64,000 nt of DNA from a virus: the IMG/VR virus record IMGVR_UViG_3300028920_000027, positions 96,001 through 160,000 of that record. One strand, 5' to 3'. The notes under the pieces were generated by a model, which had not been told where the DNA came from, searched no databases, and was given only the letters and a program-made list of their open reading frames with translations. The position numbers were made by a program, and so were the translations under genes. Numbering within the stretch: the first letter of the stretch is position 1; each line of letters begins with the position of its first letter. Positions 19,789-28,149 of the stretch are shown piece after piece.

Positions 19789-20169
19789 TCATTTGAGGTC
19801 CCTCCACACCTTCTTTCGGGCATTGTCCCCTGGAAGAAGAACAAGAGCGTCCGAGGGTCGATGTTCAACACACACTCGGCGCCGTCCCTTACTATTCAGG
19901 CGAAACCAACCAGGCTCTGAACACCCTTCGGTGCTGCACCGGGGGGTTTGCTTCTGCCTCGCCCGAATTTTGGTCCACATGAGCAGGAGTGATGAGGTTG
20001 CAACGCAGACCTCTAGCCCTCTACGACCCGCCACCCAAACTCGACCCTGACCCAAGTCGATCTTGGTGATGACTCCTTCGGAGCCTTGAAGGGCCCACAC
20101 GTCGCCCACCTTCAGACTTGTCGGCTCGACTGGATTGATCACGCCCCGAGATACACCACGGTGTAACAT
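19789..20169 (-). CDS. Hypothetical protein with Cys/His cluster
   Basis: CSTEGC...CVEH. Confidence 0.45.
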   Translation of the reverse strand: MLHRGVSRGVINPVEPTSLKVGDVWALQGSEGVITKIDLGQGRVWVAGRRGLEVCVATSSLLLMWTKIRARQKQTPRCSTEGCSEPGWFRLNSKGRRRVCVEHRPSDALVLLPGDNARKKVWRDLK

Positions 20170-20252
20170 AAAGCTGTGAACAAGCCAGCCTTCCCAGCCC
20201 TGTGGTATGTCAGCTCCCCTTCGCAGGAGCTTATCGCTCTGACCAACGGTGA

Positions 20253-20654
20253 GTGGCTTTGAAGGTACTGGTTACCGGCAGTCGGAGCTGGGTCAGCCCG
20301 GTACCGATCCGTGAAGAGTTGGAGAAGCTCCCCCCAGGGACCATCCTCGTCCACGGCGCTTGTCGAGGTGCCGACAACATCGCCGCTGATGAAGCTCGCA
20401 AGCTGGGGTTCGAGGTCCGTGCCTACCCAGTGTCTGATGAGGAGTGGAATTCCAAGGGTGGGGGCGCCGGCCACGCCCGCAACCAGCAGATGCTCGATGA
20501 GGAGCACCCTGATCAGGACGACGTGTACATCGACCTCGTGCTTGCCTTTCACCGGGATTCCGGGTTAGGCCGTGGGACCCGTGACATGATGGCGCGCGTG
20601 GCCGTCGCAGACCCGCCCATTGAGCAAAAGGTCGTCGTCCACAGAAAGGGTTGA
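20253..20654 (+). CDS. SLOG superfamily (YspA/DUF2493-like) protein
   Basis: VLVTGSRSW...LVHGACRGAD...GHARNQQML...VLAFH...GTRDM. Confidence 0.8.
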   Translation: MALKVLVTGSRSWVSPVPIREELEKLPPGTILVHGACRGADNIAADEARKLGFEVRAYPVSDEEWNSKGGGAGHARNQQMLDEEHPDQDDVYIDLVLAFHRDSGLGRGTRDMMARVAVADPPIEQKVVVHRKG

Positions 20655-20659
20655 CAGGT

Positions 20660-20690
20660 TTGGGCATCGGGTCCATCATGCCTGTCACCG
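20660..20690 (+). promoter_or_regulatory. Sigma70-like promoter region (TTGACA-17-CATCAT); coordinates approximate (about 20651-20680)
   Basis: gggTTGACAggtttgggcatcgggtcCATCATg upstream of the 20813/PTH2/tRNA unit. Confidence 0.35.
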
Positions 20691-20812
20691 TCTTCGATTT
20701 CCGTCTTCGCAGGCTTCCCATCATGTCCAAATCGTAGACCTACAGCCGTTCGAGGTCGCCTCCAAGGTGCGCAGTTGGTACATAACCCCACTGCAACCCT
20801 TGGAGATCCAAA

Positions 20813-21256
20813 GTGAAAGAGCCCTCGACACCAATATCTAGACTGCGAACAGTCATTCGCGAACTGGCCAGCGCTGGCCACAACCATCGCCGACACCAGC
20901 AAGAACTGCGGCGCACCCCTGGTACGGGCCCGGTGCGGCAGGCCCTGCGGGAAGACTACCTGATCACGACGCGAGCTCAGGCCCGACACGCCTTGCTGGC
21001 CTACGCCATGATTAGAGGTCGGAAGTACGCCGATATCGAGCCCCGATCCAATGAGGCCCCTTCCGAGCGCTGGCTGATGGCCAACCTCTTGAAGGCTGAG
21101 CCTGAGGTCACTCCTACGCCGGCTGATCTTAAGGCGTGGATTGCAGGAGAGGAGTGCCCCTTCCAAGTGAACCTCAACGACCGGTGGGAGACCCGCCGCG
21201 CCTTGAGGAAAGCCGCCGCACTGAAAGCTTCCCCCGTACTGGAGGCCACGGGATGA
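20813..21256 (+). CDS. Hypothetical protein
   Basis: HALLAYAMIRGRKYADIE; GGAG RBS. Confidence 0.6.
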   Translation: MKEPSTPISRLRTVIRELASAGHNHRRHQQELRRTPGTGPVRQALREDYLITTRAQARHALLAYAMIRGRKYADIEPRSNEAPSERWLMANLLKAEPEVTPTPADLKAWIAGEECPFQVNLNDRWETRRALRKAAALKASPVLEATG

Positions 21257-21340
21257 TCGAAGTCAGAACCGTAAGCACCAAGCTCTTCCAGTTCCGAGAA
21301 GGTGCTGAGGAACGGATGGCTGACGCCTGCGACTACGACA

Positions 21341-21637
21341 ATGACTGACCGACTCCGCATTGTGACCCGCGCTGATCTCGCGCATGGCTCCCGCGCCGTG
21401 CAGGCTGTCCACGCCATGCGCGAGTGGGTCGACCAGTATCCGATCCTCGACCAGGAGTGGTACGAAAAGAGCAACACGATTGCCTTGCTTGAGGTTCCGA
21501 ATGAGTCTAAACTGCGCGCCCTATTGGAGCGCGCAACAGAACGGGGAATCCCTGTTGCATCGTGCTCAGTCCTGGGCGTGATGCTCGGCGGCTGTGCTCA
21601 TCCCTTCCCTTGGCTCTCAAGTTCGATGCCCCGGTAG
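21341..21637 (+). CDS. Peptidyl-tRNA hydrolase PTH2-like protein, C-terminus possibly damaged
   Basis: LRIVTRADLAHGSRAVQAVHA...SNTIALLEVPNE...GIPV; expected EPD-type C-terminal motif absent. Confidence 0.6.
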   Translation: MTDRLRIVTRADLAHGSRAVQAVHAMREWVDQYPILDQEWYEKSNTIALLEVPNESKLRALLERATERGIPVASCSVLGVMLGGCAHPFPWLSSSMPR

Positions 21638-21700
21638 CTCAGTTGGCAGAGCGGCTGGATTCTAACCCGGTGTGCGCAGGTTCAAGCCCTGCCTGGGGCG
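21628..21700 (+). tRNA. tRNA with 8-nt anticodon loop ATTCTAAC (Arg TCT, CTA or quadruplet TCTA)
   Basis: GCCCCGG/CTGGGGC acceptor, canonical D and T arms, stem GCTGG/CCGGT. Confidence 0.7.
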
Positions 21701-21704
21701 CTTT

Positions 21705-21780
21705 GGAGGTGTAGCTCAGTGGTAGAGCGCGGCCCTGTAAAAGGGGCTGATGTCGCGTGGTTCGATCCCACCCACCTCCA
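21705..21780 (+). tRNA. tRNA with expanded anticodon loop CTGTAAAAGG (Tyr/Thr-like, undetermined)
   Basis: GGAGGTG/CACCTCC acceptor, TAGCTCAGTGGTAGAGC D arm, TTCGATC T loop, stem CGGCC/GGCTG. Confidence 0.65.
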
Positions 21781-21815
21781 CTCTTTGAAAAAGTCGCGGG
21801 CGTTTTTTGATCCGC

Positions 21816-21825
21816 GGTGTACAGT
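21816..21825 (+). promoter_or_regulatory. GGTG-TACAGT promoter upstream of the isolated CRISPR repeat
   Basis: Matches the motif found before about 19 starts in the window. Confidence 0.6.
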
Positions 21826-21882
21826 CCGAACTCAACACAACGTCGGCGAGCCAACGATCAACACCGAGATAATCAACACCGA

Positions 21883-21918
21883 GATACCAGGGGCTTCCAG
21901 GCCCCTAAGGATTTCAAC
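21883..21918 (+). repeat. Isolated copy of the array-1 CRISPR repeat
   Basis: GATACCAGGGGCTTCCAGGCCCCTAAGGATTTCAAC, 32/36 identical to the array-1 consensus. Confidence 0.9.
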
Positions 21919-21938
21919 AACATCAAGATGAGGATCCA

Positions 21939-22679
21939 ATGTCGAAGCTGAGCCACGTTCTGGCAGTCGTCAACCAGGTCAAAACCAACGCGATGGAGCA
22001 GGTCACCGGGCTGTACCAGCAGCTTGATAAGGCCAAGTTGACGGTGGGCCTGACTCGAACCTACAAGCCTCTGACCGACGATGGTGAAACCCTTCCCGAC
22101 GAGAATTCCATCGTTCAGATGCGAGTTGAGGATGTTCTTCGCGACGTAGTCAAGCACCTGACGCCCCTCTACGACGTATCCCTCCAGCGCGATGCTGCGA
22201 ATTGCGAGGCCAAGGCTGATCTTGTCGTCGACGGTGAGACCCTGCTCAAGGACGTGCCCGCTACCTATCTGCTGTGGTTGGAGAAGCAGGTCAACCACAT
22301 GCACACGATCATCTGCAAGCTGCCCACGCTGCCGGCGGAAGGTGAGTGGACCTTCGACCAGGGGTCCGCATGCTACAAAGACACTGTGTCCATGAGGGCA
22401 CGCACCAAAAAGGTACCGAAGCCCATCACCCTGTGTGAAGCTACGAAGGAACACCCAGCCCAGGTTCAGCTTGCCCACGAGGACATCATTGTTGGCTACT
22501 GGCATCAAACCGCACTCTCCGGGGCCATCCCCCGTACGCGTGCACAAGAGCTGCGAGACAGGGTTGAAACCTTGTTGGCGGCCATCAAAACAGCGCGGGA
22601 AACCGCCAACCACGTCGAGGCCCCGAAGAAAGAAGCGGGTGCCGTGATCTTCCGCTACCTTTTCCGGAAGGAAAGCTAA
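21939..22679 (+). CDS. Conserved-looking helical/coiled-coil protein bracketed by CRISPR repeats
   Basis: 246 aa; GAGGA RBS; TRTYKPLTDDGETLPDE and VPATYLLWLEKQ blocks; function unknown. Confidence 0.8.
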   Translation: MSKLSHVLAVVNQVKTNAMEQVTGLYQQLDKAKLTVGLTRTYKPLTDDGETLPDENSIVQMRVEDVLRDVVKHLTPLYDVSLQRDAANCEAKADLVVDGETLLKDVPATYLLWLEKQVNHMHTIICKLPTLPAEGEWTFDQGSACYKDTVSMRARTKKVPKPITLCEATKEHPAQVQLAHEDIIVGYWHQTALSGAIPRTRAQELRDRVETLLAAIKTARETANHVEAPKKEAGAVIFRYLFRKES

Positions 22680-22747
22680 CCTGCCTCCGTGGTGGCAACC
22701 CCTTACCCAAGGAGGTTCATCTACATCCTGCTGCGACCCCAACAAGG

Positions 22748-22785
22748 GGTACCGGGGGGGCTTTTAGGCCCCTGAGGATTTCAAC
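22748..22785 (+). repeat. Second isolated copy of the array-1 CRISPR repeat
   Basis: GGTACCGGGGGGGCTTTTAGGCCCCTGAGGATTTCAAC; the 3' 17 nt are identical to the array repeat. Confidence 0.88.
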
Positions 22786-22821
22786 AAGACTACCTAAGCT
22801 GAAGCTAAGACTGAGACTGAC

Positions 22822-22960
22822 GACCCTTGGAGTTAAGTGTTGGTTCGATCCCAGCCCCGCCGACCGAGTCCCGCGGGCTCCTTCCCCGGATTGAGTCCCG
22901 GGCTCTCACCCTCTCATCGGCGGGTAGCCCAATCTGGCAGAGGCACTCCGTAGCCGGGTC
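22822..22960 (+). ncRNA. Circularly permuted tRNA-like RNA 1 (Y-RNA/YrlA-like)
   Basis: Order: GACCC..GGAGT, T arm GTTGG-TTCGATC-CCAGC, CCCGCCG, loop, CGGCGGG, D arm, ACTCC..GGGTC; all stems complementary. Confidence 0.7.
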
Positions 22961-23023
22961 TACCTGATGCCTGAGACTTGGTAGAAAGCTGACCAAAAGC
23001 GGTGGTCTCGCTCATCGACCGTT

Positions 23024-23180
23024 ACCTCGACAATCTTCGTGGATGTGGGTTCAAGTCCCTCCGGGCCAGCTCTGTCGAGTAGGGTCCGAACCACCCCCTC
23101 CCCCTTGGGTGGCTCCTTACTCGGCAGAGCTGGCCTGTAGCTCAATGGCAGAGCACACGAACTTTAGATCTGATCGAGGT
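23024..23180 (+). ncRNA. Circularly permuted tRNA-like RNA 2 (Y-RNA/YrlA-like)
   Basis: ACCTCGA..TTCGTG, T arm GTGGG-TTCAAGT-CCCTC, 21-bp closed acceptor-like hairpin (23062-82 with 23117-37), D arm TAGCTCAATGGCAGAGC, CACGAA..TCGAGGT. Confidence 0.7.
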
Positions 23181-23362
23181 CGACCCTGTGGAGCAGTAGT
23201 CTTCGGACTGAGACCAAACCGAACATCAATCCTAATACGACTGATCACAGAACCCGGGGAGCCGGCTATGCTCCTCGGGTTCGCCTATTTTGAGGACCGC
23301 GATGTTCAGGCTCGCCAAAAGTTGTTGACAGGGTGGGGAGTGGGGACTACAACAATCCCCAC

Positions 23363-23707
23363 GTGACAGAGTTTGGAGAGCACGTTCGGGCTCGCCGTGA
23401 GGCGGCGGGGCTATCGGTACGTCAGTTGGCCAAGCAAGCAGGTCTCGACCACAGCTACTTGAGCCGACTGGAGCTGGCCAAGGTCGGGACCTACCCCCCT
23501 TCGGAGGGGAAGGTCCAGGAGTTGGCCAAGGTGCTGGGCGAAGACCCAGACGTCCTGCTTGCGATGACGGGTCGAGTTTCCCGGGAGCTACTCAAGGTGA
23601 TCTTGAGCCGCCCCCGGGAGTTTGCTCAGCTTATCCGGCAGCTCAAAGACGCACCGGCCAACGCCATCCTCAGGGTGGTCCGAGAAGTGCGGGATGGAGA
23701 GTGGTAA
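23363..23707 (+). CDS. XRE-family HTH transcriptional regulator
   Basis: FGEHVRARREAAGLSVRQLAKQAGLDHSYLSRLE; TTGACA-17-TACAAC upstream. Confidence 0.85.
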   Translation: MTEFGEHVRARREAAGLSVRQLAKQAGLDHSYLSRLELAKVGTYPPSEGKVQELAKVLGEDPDVLLAMTGRVSRELLKVILSRPREFAQLIRQLKDAPANAILRVVREVRDGEW

Positions 23708-23708
23708 C

Positions 23709-24188
23709 ATGCTGGAATTGCACAATGATGAGCTGGTTTATGCGGTCCGCCACTCGGGATCACTCCAGAGAGCATCAGGGCAACCCTTTCCAGTGACCAG
23801 GTGCAGGTGCTCAAGGAAAAGCGTAAGGGGACCGTTCGTGACGGAGCGTGGGGTTAGCCCTGCTGTAGCTGGATCGATGGCACTCATGGGACACCTAAGT
23901 GCCGCCACCCGCGGCTTCGAGACCTGGGTCACCGAGGTGGCCCAGTCCGCGGGGATTCCCTACCTCGAAGAAGGGGAGCACCCCTCTGACTATAAGGTCA
24001 TGTCGATCTCTGACGTGATGCGCCTGGTCTCGAAGCCCAAGGGGATGTGGTCGGATAACTCCCAGCTGTGCTGGGTAATCCTCAACGGGGACGGACAAGC
24101 TCTGGGTATCCGGTCAATCGATCTATATCATAACCGAGAACGCGCCTATGAGCTGGTCCGGGTGCTGGAGCGCTCCGGTGTAGAGTGA
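23709..24188 (+). CDS. Hypothetical protein
   Basis: Follows the XRE gene at 1 nt. Confidence 0.5.
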   Translation: MLELHNDELVYAVRHSGSLQRASGQPFPVTRCRCSRKSVRGPFVTERGVSPAVAGSMALMGHLSAATRGFETWVTEVAQSAGIPYLEEGEHPSDYKVMSISDVMRLVSKPKGMWSDNSQLCWVILNGDGQALGIRSIDLYHNRERAYELVRVLERSGVE

Positions 24189-24213
24189 GGTGTGGGGCCT
24201 TGTGCCCCGCGCC

Positions 24214-24287
24214 GTCCCCGTAGCTCAATCTGGCAGAGCACCCGCTTCTAGTTCGGGTTGTTGCAGGTTCAATTCCTGTCGGGGGCC
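24214..24287 (+). tRNA. tRNA with CTA anticodon (amber-suppressor-like)
   Basis: GTCCCCG/CGGGGGC acceptor; arm CCCGC-TTCTAGT-TCGGG; T arm GCAGG-TTCAATT-CCTGT; own GGTG-TAGAGT promoter at 24177. Confidence 0.7.
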
Positions 24288-24290
24288 CCC

Positions 24291-24566
24291 ATGGCCACGT
24301 TTGAAGATCAAGTCGACGAGTTCATCGAGAATTGCACTGCCATCGACGTGGGGGTCAGACAGCTTCTTCAAGAGCAGGGGGTGGAGGCCAACACCCCCGA
24401 GAATGTCGAGATCATGGCTCAGATCAACGCCAAGCTCAGCGAGGTAGTTGATCTTGTGGGGGCGCTCGTCAGGTCTGCGGGTAGCTCTTGTTCCACTGGA
24501 CCTGTCGAGGCATCAGCTCAGCCACCGCATCCTGCTGTTCATCGGTCCACTGACCCTGAGCCCTAG
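24291..24566 (+). CDS. Hypothetical acidic protein
   Basis: Starts immediately after the tRNA. Confidence 0.45.
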   Translation: MATFEDQVDEFIENCTAIDVGVRQLLQEQGVEANTPENVEIMAQINAKLSEVVDLVGALVRSAGSSCSTGPVEASAQPPHPAVHRSTDPEP

Positions 24567-24882
24567 CGTACCAATTGACCACCAGCTTTTCCTTGCTGGG
24601 GGTGTTGCGGCTGTCCACATAGATCTCGCCCATATCACGGAACGAGATCCCTTGGTCCAGAAGGTCGGGCCGAGCATTAACCACTACGTTCTGAAGTGCT
24701 TGGAGAGCCTTCTCGGCAGAAACAAGGCTCCCAGTGAGGTGGTGAATGCGGCCGTAGCCCGTGACTGTCGTCCACACCTGGATCCCATACTGGTCCACCT
24801 CAGCATAGAGGCCATCGTGCTGACCAGACCCAACTCTCTGCTGGGCTTCTCGGGTTTTCCAATCCTTGGCGGTGATAGTCAT
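24469..24882 (-). CDS. Hypothetical protein
   Basis: Plausible composition; overlaps a convergent ORF. Confidence 0.5.
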   Translation of the reverse strand: MTITAKDWKTREAQQRVGSGQHDGLYAEVDQYGIQVWTTVTGYGRIHHLTGSLVSAEKALQALQNVVVNARPDLLDQGISFRDMGEIYVDSRNTPSKEKLVVNWYARAQGQWTDEQQDAVAELMPRQVQWNKSYPQT

Positions 24883-24947
24883 GGATCCTCATACGATGGA
24901 AGCAACTCGTTCAGTCAAGAATGGGCCACAAATGAATCACCGGGCCG

Positions 24948-25547
24948 GTGTACGGTGGTTTCGTGCAGGACGAACAAGAACGCCTCAAACGCGAGCTGGC
25001 CGACCTGGAATCGAAGGCTGCCTTCGTTCGCCAGCGCCTTTGCGAGTTGAACGATGACATCGTGGGCCCCTTCGGGTCCCGTGCCAAGGGCAAGCAAGAC
25101 GACATCTACACATGTCGAGGGTGCGGCTTGAGCAGCAAAAATGTCGAGTGTGCAGGCATCTACTACTGCCCCAATCCCCTTTGCACGTCGAGTGGGGCCG
25201 CACCCCACCGGGCCAAGATGAAGAGCTTCCAGGAGGACAAGAACGGCCGGCACACGGTGGACCCCGACGAGATGCTTCAGGTGGGGCTCAAGTTCCTGCA
25301 CGAGCACCCACCTAGTGATCTCACCGCCGCCGTGCGACGGATGCTCCCCTACTGGGCCAAGCAAGGCACTTGGGGGGCCATCGAGGCGTGGATGGAGGCG
25401 ACGGGCCAGACCCTGCCCGATCACTACGAGTCGGGCTGGGGTCCCGGTCCACACCCCTGCACCAACGGCTCAGAGAAGGGCGTGGAGCCCCTGCGATATG
25501 TTCACTTGACCTCCGCCTGCTTCTCGCCGTCGGGTGACACCCCGTAG
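24948..25547 (+). CDS. Hypothetical protein with Zn-finger-like Cys cluster
   Basis: CRGC...CAGIYYCPNPLC. Confidence 0.55.
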   Translation: MYGGFVQDEQERLKRELADLESKAAFVRQRLCELNDDIVGPFGSRAKGKQDDIYTCRGCGLSSKNVECAGIYYCPNPLCTSSGAAPHRAKMKSFQEDKNGRHTVDPDEMLQVGLKFLHEHPPSDLTAAVRRMLPYWAKQGTWGAIEAWMEATGQTLPDHYESGWGPGPHPCTNGSEKGVEPLRYVHLTSACFSPSGDTP

Positions 25548-26434
25548 CCCATCTTTTTCAGCTCCTTTGCCATGTCACATTCATCGCCGGGGAGCATCGA
25601 TCGGGGCTCAGGCTCGGGCCCCTCATCCGATTTCATCAGCGCCTTGACGTGGGTATGTGCCGGGCTGCGGAACCGACTTACCTCGTCGGCCCCCTCGCGT
25701 TGAGCAGACCACACCACAATCGACGGAATATCACCAGGAGAAGTAGACTTCTCGATGTCAACCTGTCTCACGACGTATGAGACAGGTTGGTTCGTGACCA
25801 TGCGTCGCCTGGCGTCTCTCACCGGGTTCGACATGAACACCACCATGCCAACCGTCAGCCGTTCGACAGGAAGGTGCACGACGGTGGAGGGGCCCACCGT
25901 GGTCTCGCTCTTCAAGTGGTTAGCGATCTCTCCAGGAAGAGGTGTGTTCCCCCGCTTCGTGCCCGGCTGGGTCGGCGTGATGAACGTTCGGGATAGGACC
26001 TGGGTTCCTTCCTGCGCTTTGACGTCTTCAGCCAGCCTTGCCTGCGATTGTTCCAGCGTGAAGGGCTGTACGCCCATGAGTTGCAGCTGCCCTCTCCAGA
26101 AGAGTCGGCGAACGCGCGAAAGGTCCGAGCCGGAGCCGGGGTCGTGGGCGCCCAATTGGTGAGCTTGGTGGAAGAATCCTGTACCCGGGATCCCCGTGTC
26201 GTGGTTAACCACAACTGCTGTGGTTAACGGGCGACCTCGGGTGTGGTCTTCCTCGGCAATCATCGCGAGGGCATCAGGAAGGCTGCACCCCTTGGGAGTG
26301 TCCTTCAGGGCGTCGGCGATGGCACCATAGGTGGTGAGCAGCTTGAGGTGGTGGGCGAAGTAGTGGACAATCCCTCGAACCTGGGCAGCGTAGACAGCTA
26401 CCCGCACGTCATCGTGCAGACCTTCGATAGGCAT
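25502..26434 (-). CDS. Hypothetical protein
   Basis: Long ORF; N-terminal TTYGAIAD...RGRPLTTAVVVN...GIPGTGFF block. Confidence 0.55.
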   Translation of the reverse strand: MPIEGLHDDVRVAVYAAQVRGIVHYFAHHLKLLTTYGAIADALKDTPKGCSLPDALAMIAEEDHTRGRPLTTAVVVNHDTGIPGTGFFHQAHQLGAHDPGSGSDLSRVRRLFWRGQLQLMGVQPFTLEQSQARLAEDVKAQEGTQVLSRTFITPTQPGTKRGNTPLPGEIANHLKSETTVGPSTVVHLPVERLTVGMVVFMSNPVRDARRRMVTNQPVSYVVRQVDIEKSTSPGDIPSIVVWSAQREGADEVSRFRSPAHTHVKALMKSDEGPEPEPRSMLPGDECDMAKELKKMGYGVSPDGEKQAEVK

Positions 26435-26513
26435 GATGCCTCCTGATTGTGAGCGCCCGCCAGTTTGTGCGGGCCGACACGGGACCATCCCCGCGGCACT
26501 CAAAGCCAAAGCA

Positions 26514-26948
26514 TCAAAGGATCCTCAGCGTAGAGTCCACCCACGCTACCCAATCGACGAGGCGGTAGAAGCGTTGACCCTCGATGTAGTCCAGCACGCG
26601 CCTGAGGCTCCACGGCTTCCAGTCTGGGTTGTCCCAACGCATGGGCTCGGAGTCATAGGCACGCCACTCGTTGAGTTTCCAGTTCCAGCCCACCTCGGGG
26701 CGGGGGGCACTGGAGTCAGCCCCTTTGCAGAAGACAATAGTCCTGAAGGTAGGCATCCTCGCCGGCAGCTCCATGTTCAGCGCTCGCCTCTTCAAAAGGT
26801 AGCGTGAGTAGCTGATGAGAAGCTCGATCTCTGCCGCGGTCGGCATTCGACTCCCCTGATCAAGGCAGATGAGCCAAGGGATGGACACCCGCGGTGGAGC
26901 CACTGCGATTCCCATCTCCCTCAGTCTCTGCTCTTGGGTTGGAGTCAC
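26514..26948 (-). CDS. Hypothetical Trp-rich protein
   Basis: GTG 6 nt after GGTG-TAGACT. Confidence 0.55.
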   Translation of the reverse strand: MTPTQEQRLREMGIAVAPPRVSIPWLICLDQGSRMPTAAEIELLISYSRYLLKRRALNMELPARMPTFRTIVFCKGADSSAPRPEVGWNWKLNEWRAYDSEPMRWDNPDWKPWSLRRVLDYIEGQRFYRLVDWVAWVDSTLRIL

Positions 26949-27271
26949 CCCTTCAGTCTACACCACGGGCCGGAACGTGGGAGTCTGACAAATGGCGAGA
27001 ACAACTCCTGCGTGCCTTCACGCCCACAGCATGGCAACGCCTGATGTAGGTGAGCCGCCATCACGAGGTGGGCCCGTGCGGCGGCTCAGCATTAGGCACA
27101 TCCCTCCAAAGGAGTTTTGTCTTTCCCTCCAGAAGTCGTGTCTGGGACTATTCTACACCAGTCCCGACTTATCGGTCCATACAGAACGGCTTGCGAGCAC
27201 AGTCGGGGCAAATGCGGCTCACCTGCTCCCGGGTGAGCAGGGGATCAGCTGAGGCTACCTTCTGCTTGACC

Positions 27272-27556
27272 ATGCCTCTCCTGGACATCAAAACTTCTGC
27301 CACTCACCTACACTCACTTATATTTACCCACACTAATGGCAGATTCTTTGATGAACCACTCTGGGAAGACATGAGACCTCCAATTGCTTTGAACCAGCCA
27401 CAGCTTCCCTACCGCGTCGTCCGGAAGCGGGTTCGTTTCAGCGATGGGACCACGAAGGTTTTTCCTGTCAAGGTCTACAAGTTCCCTCAGGACGGAGGCA
27501 CCCCTCTCAAGGTGCTGCCCTCAGAGTACGGGTTGGGGGACGCTTTCAGCTTTTGA
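27272..27556 (+). CDS. Hypothetical protein
   Basis: Open ORF before the HD gene. Confidence 0.4.
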   Translation: MPLLDIKTSATHLHSLIFTHTNGRFFDEPLWEDMRPPIALNQPQLPYRVVRKRVRFSDGTTKVFPVKVYKFPQDGGTPLKVLPSEYGLGDAFSF

Positions 27557-27573
27557 TCGGTGTATGATCCGCC

Positions 27574-28149
27574 ATGGCGGATCGTGGCGATTGGATGCAG
27601 ACGACGAGTGGGCGTGCCTTCTGGCCCCTCGACCCAAGACCCGAAGACATTTGCATTCGAGATATCGCCATTGCGTTAAGCAAGCTTTGTCGTTTTGGAG
27701 GCCACACCCACGAGTTTATCTTTTACTCTGTTGCGGAACACTGCCTCTACGGCGCCCACAACGGCGCCTTCGATTTGGAGTTGCAGCACCTGTTCTTGCT
27801 GCACGATGCCTCCGAAGCCTACCTTCAGGATCTGATTCTGCCCCTCAAGCGCGTCCTAACGGATTACCGCAAGATCGAGGCACGTGTTGAACAGGTCATC
27901 TTCGAGAAGTTCGGACTCTGGGAAGCATTCCAACGACGTCGAGCCGAACTGAAGGCGATCGACGACCGGATGCTCGCCACGGAACTACGGGATTTGATGG
28001 CGGACCCTCCCTACCCTTGGGCCATCGTCGAGAACGTCAAACCTTACCCTCTCAAAATCGAACCTCGGAATGACACCCTAGCCGTAGTCGAGAGTTACCT
28101 ACGATTACACCAAGACCTGTCAGAGAGGAGAGGGCTACATGCTAAATAG
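27574..28149 (+). CDS. HD-domain phosphohydrolase (YfbR-like 5'-deoxynucleotidase family)
   Basis: DIAIALSKLCRFGGH...YSVAEHC...LLHDASEAYLQD. Confidence 0.85.
   Translation: MADRGDWMQTTSGRAFWPLDPRPEDICIRDIAIALSKLCRFGGHTHEFIFYSVAEHCLYGAHNGAFDLELQHLFLLHDASEAYLQDLILPLKRVLTDYRKIEARVEQVIFEKFGLWEAFQRRRAELKAIDDRMLATELRDLMADPPYPWAIVENVKPYPLKIEPRNDTLAVVESYLRLHQDLSERRGLHAK

Noticed and set aside
22822-23183. Two-piece (permuted) tmRNA
   Set aside because: No GGGGC/alanine acceptor identity, no tag reading frame recognised, and both units have full tRNA-type D arms.
27574-28149. 2-aminoadenine (Z-genome) pathway inferred from the HD hydrolase
   Set aside because: No PurZ-like gene in the window; YfbR-like HD enzymes are common in phages.
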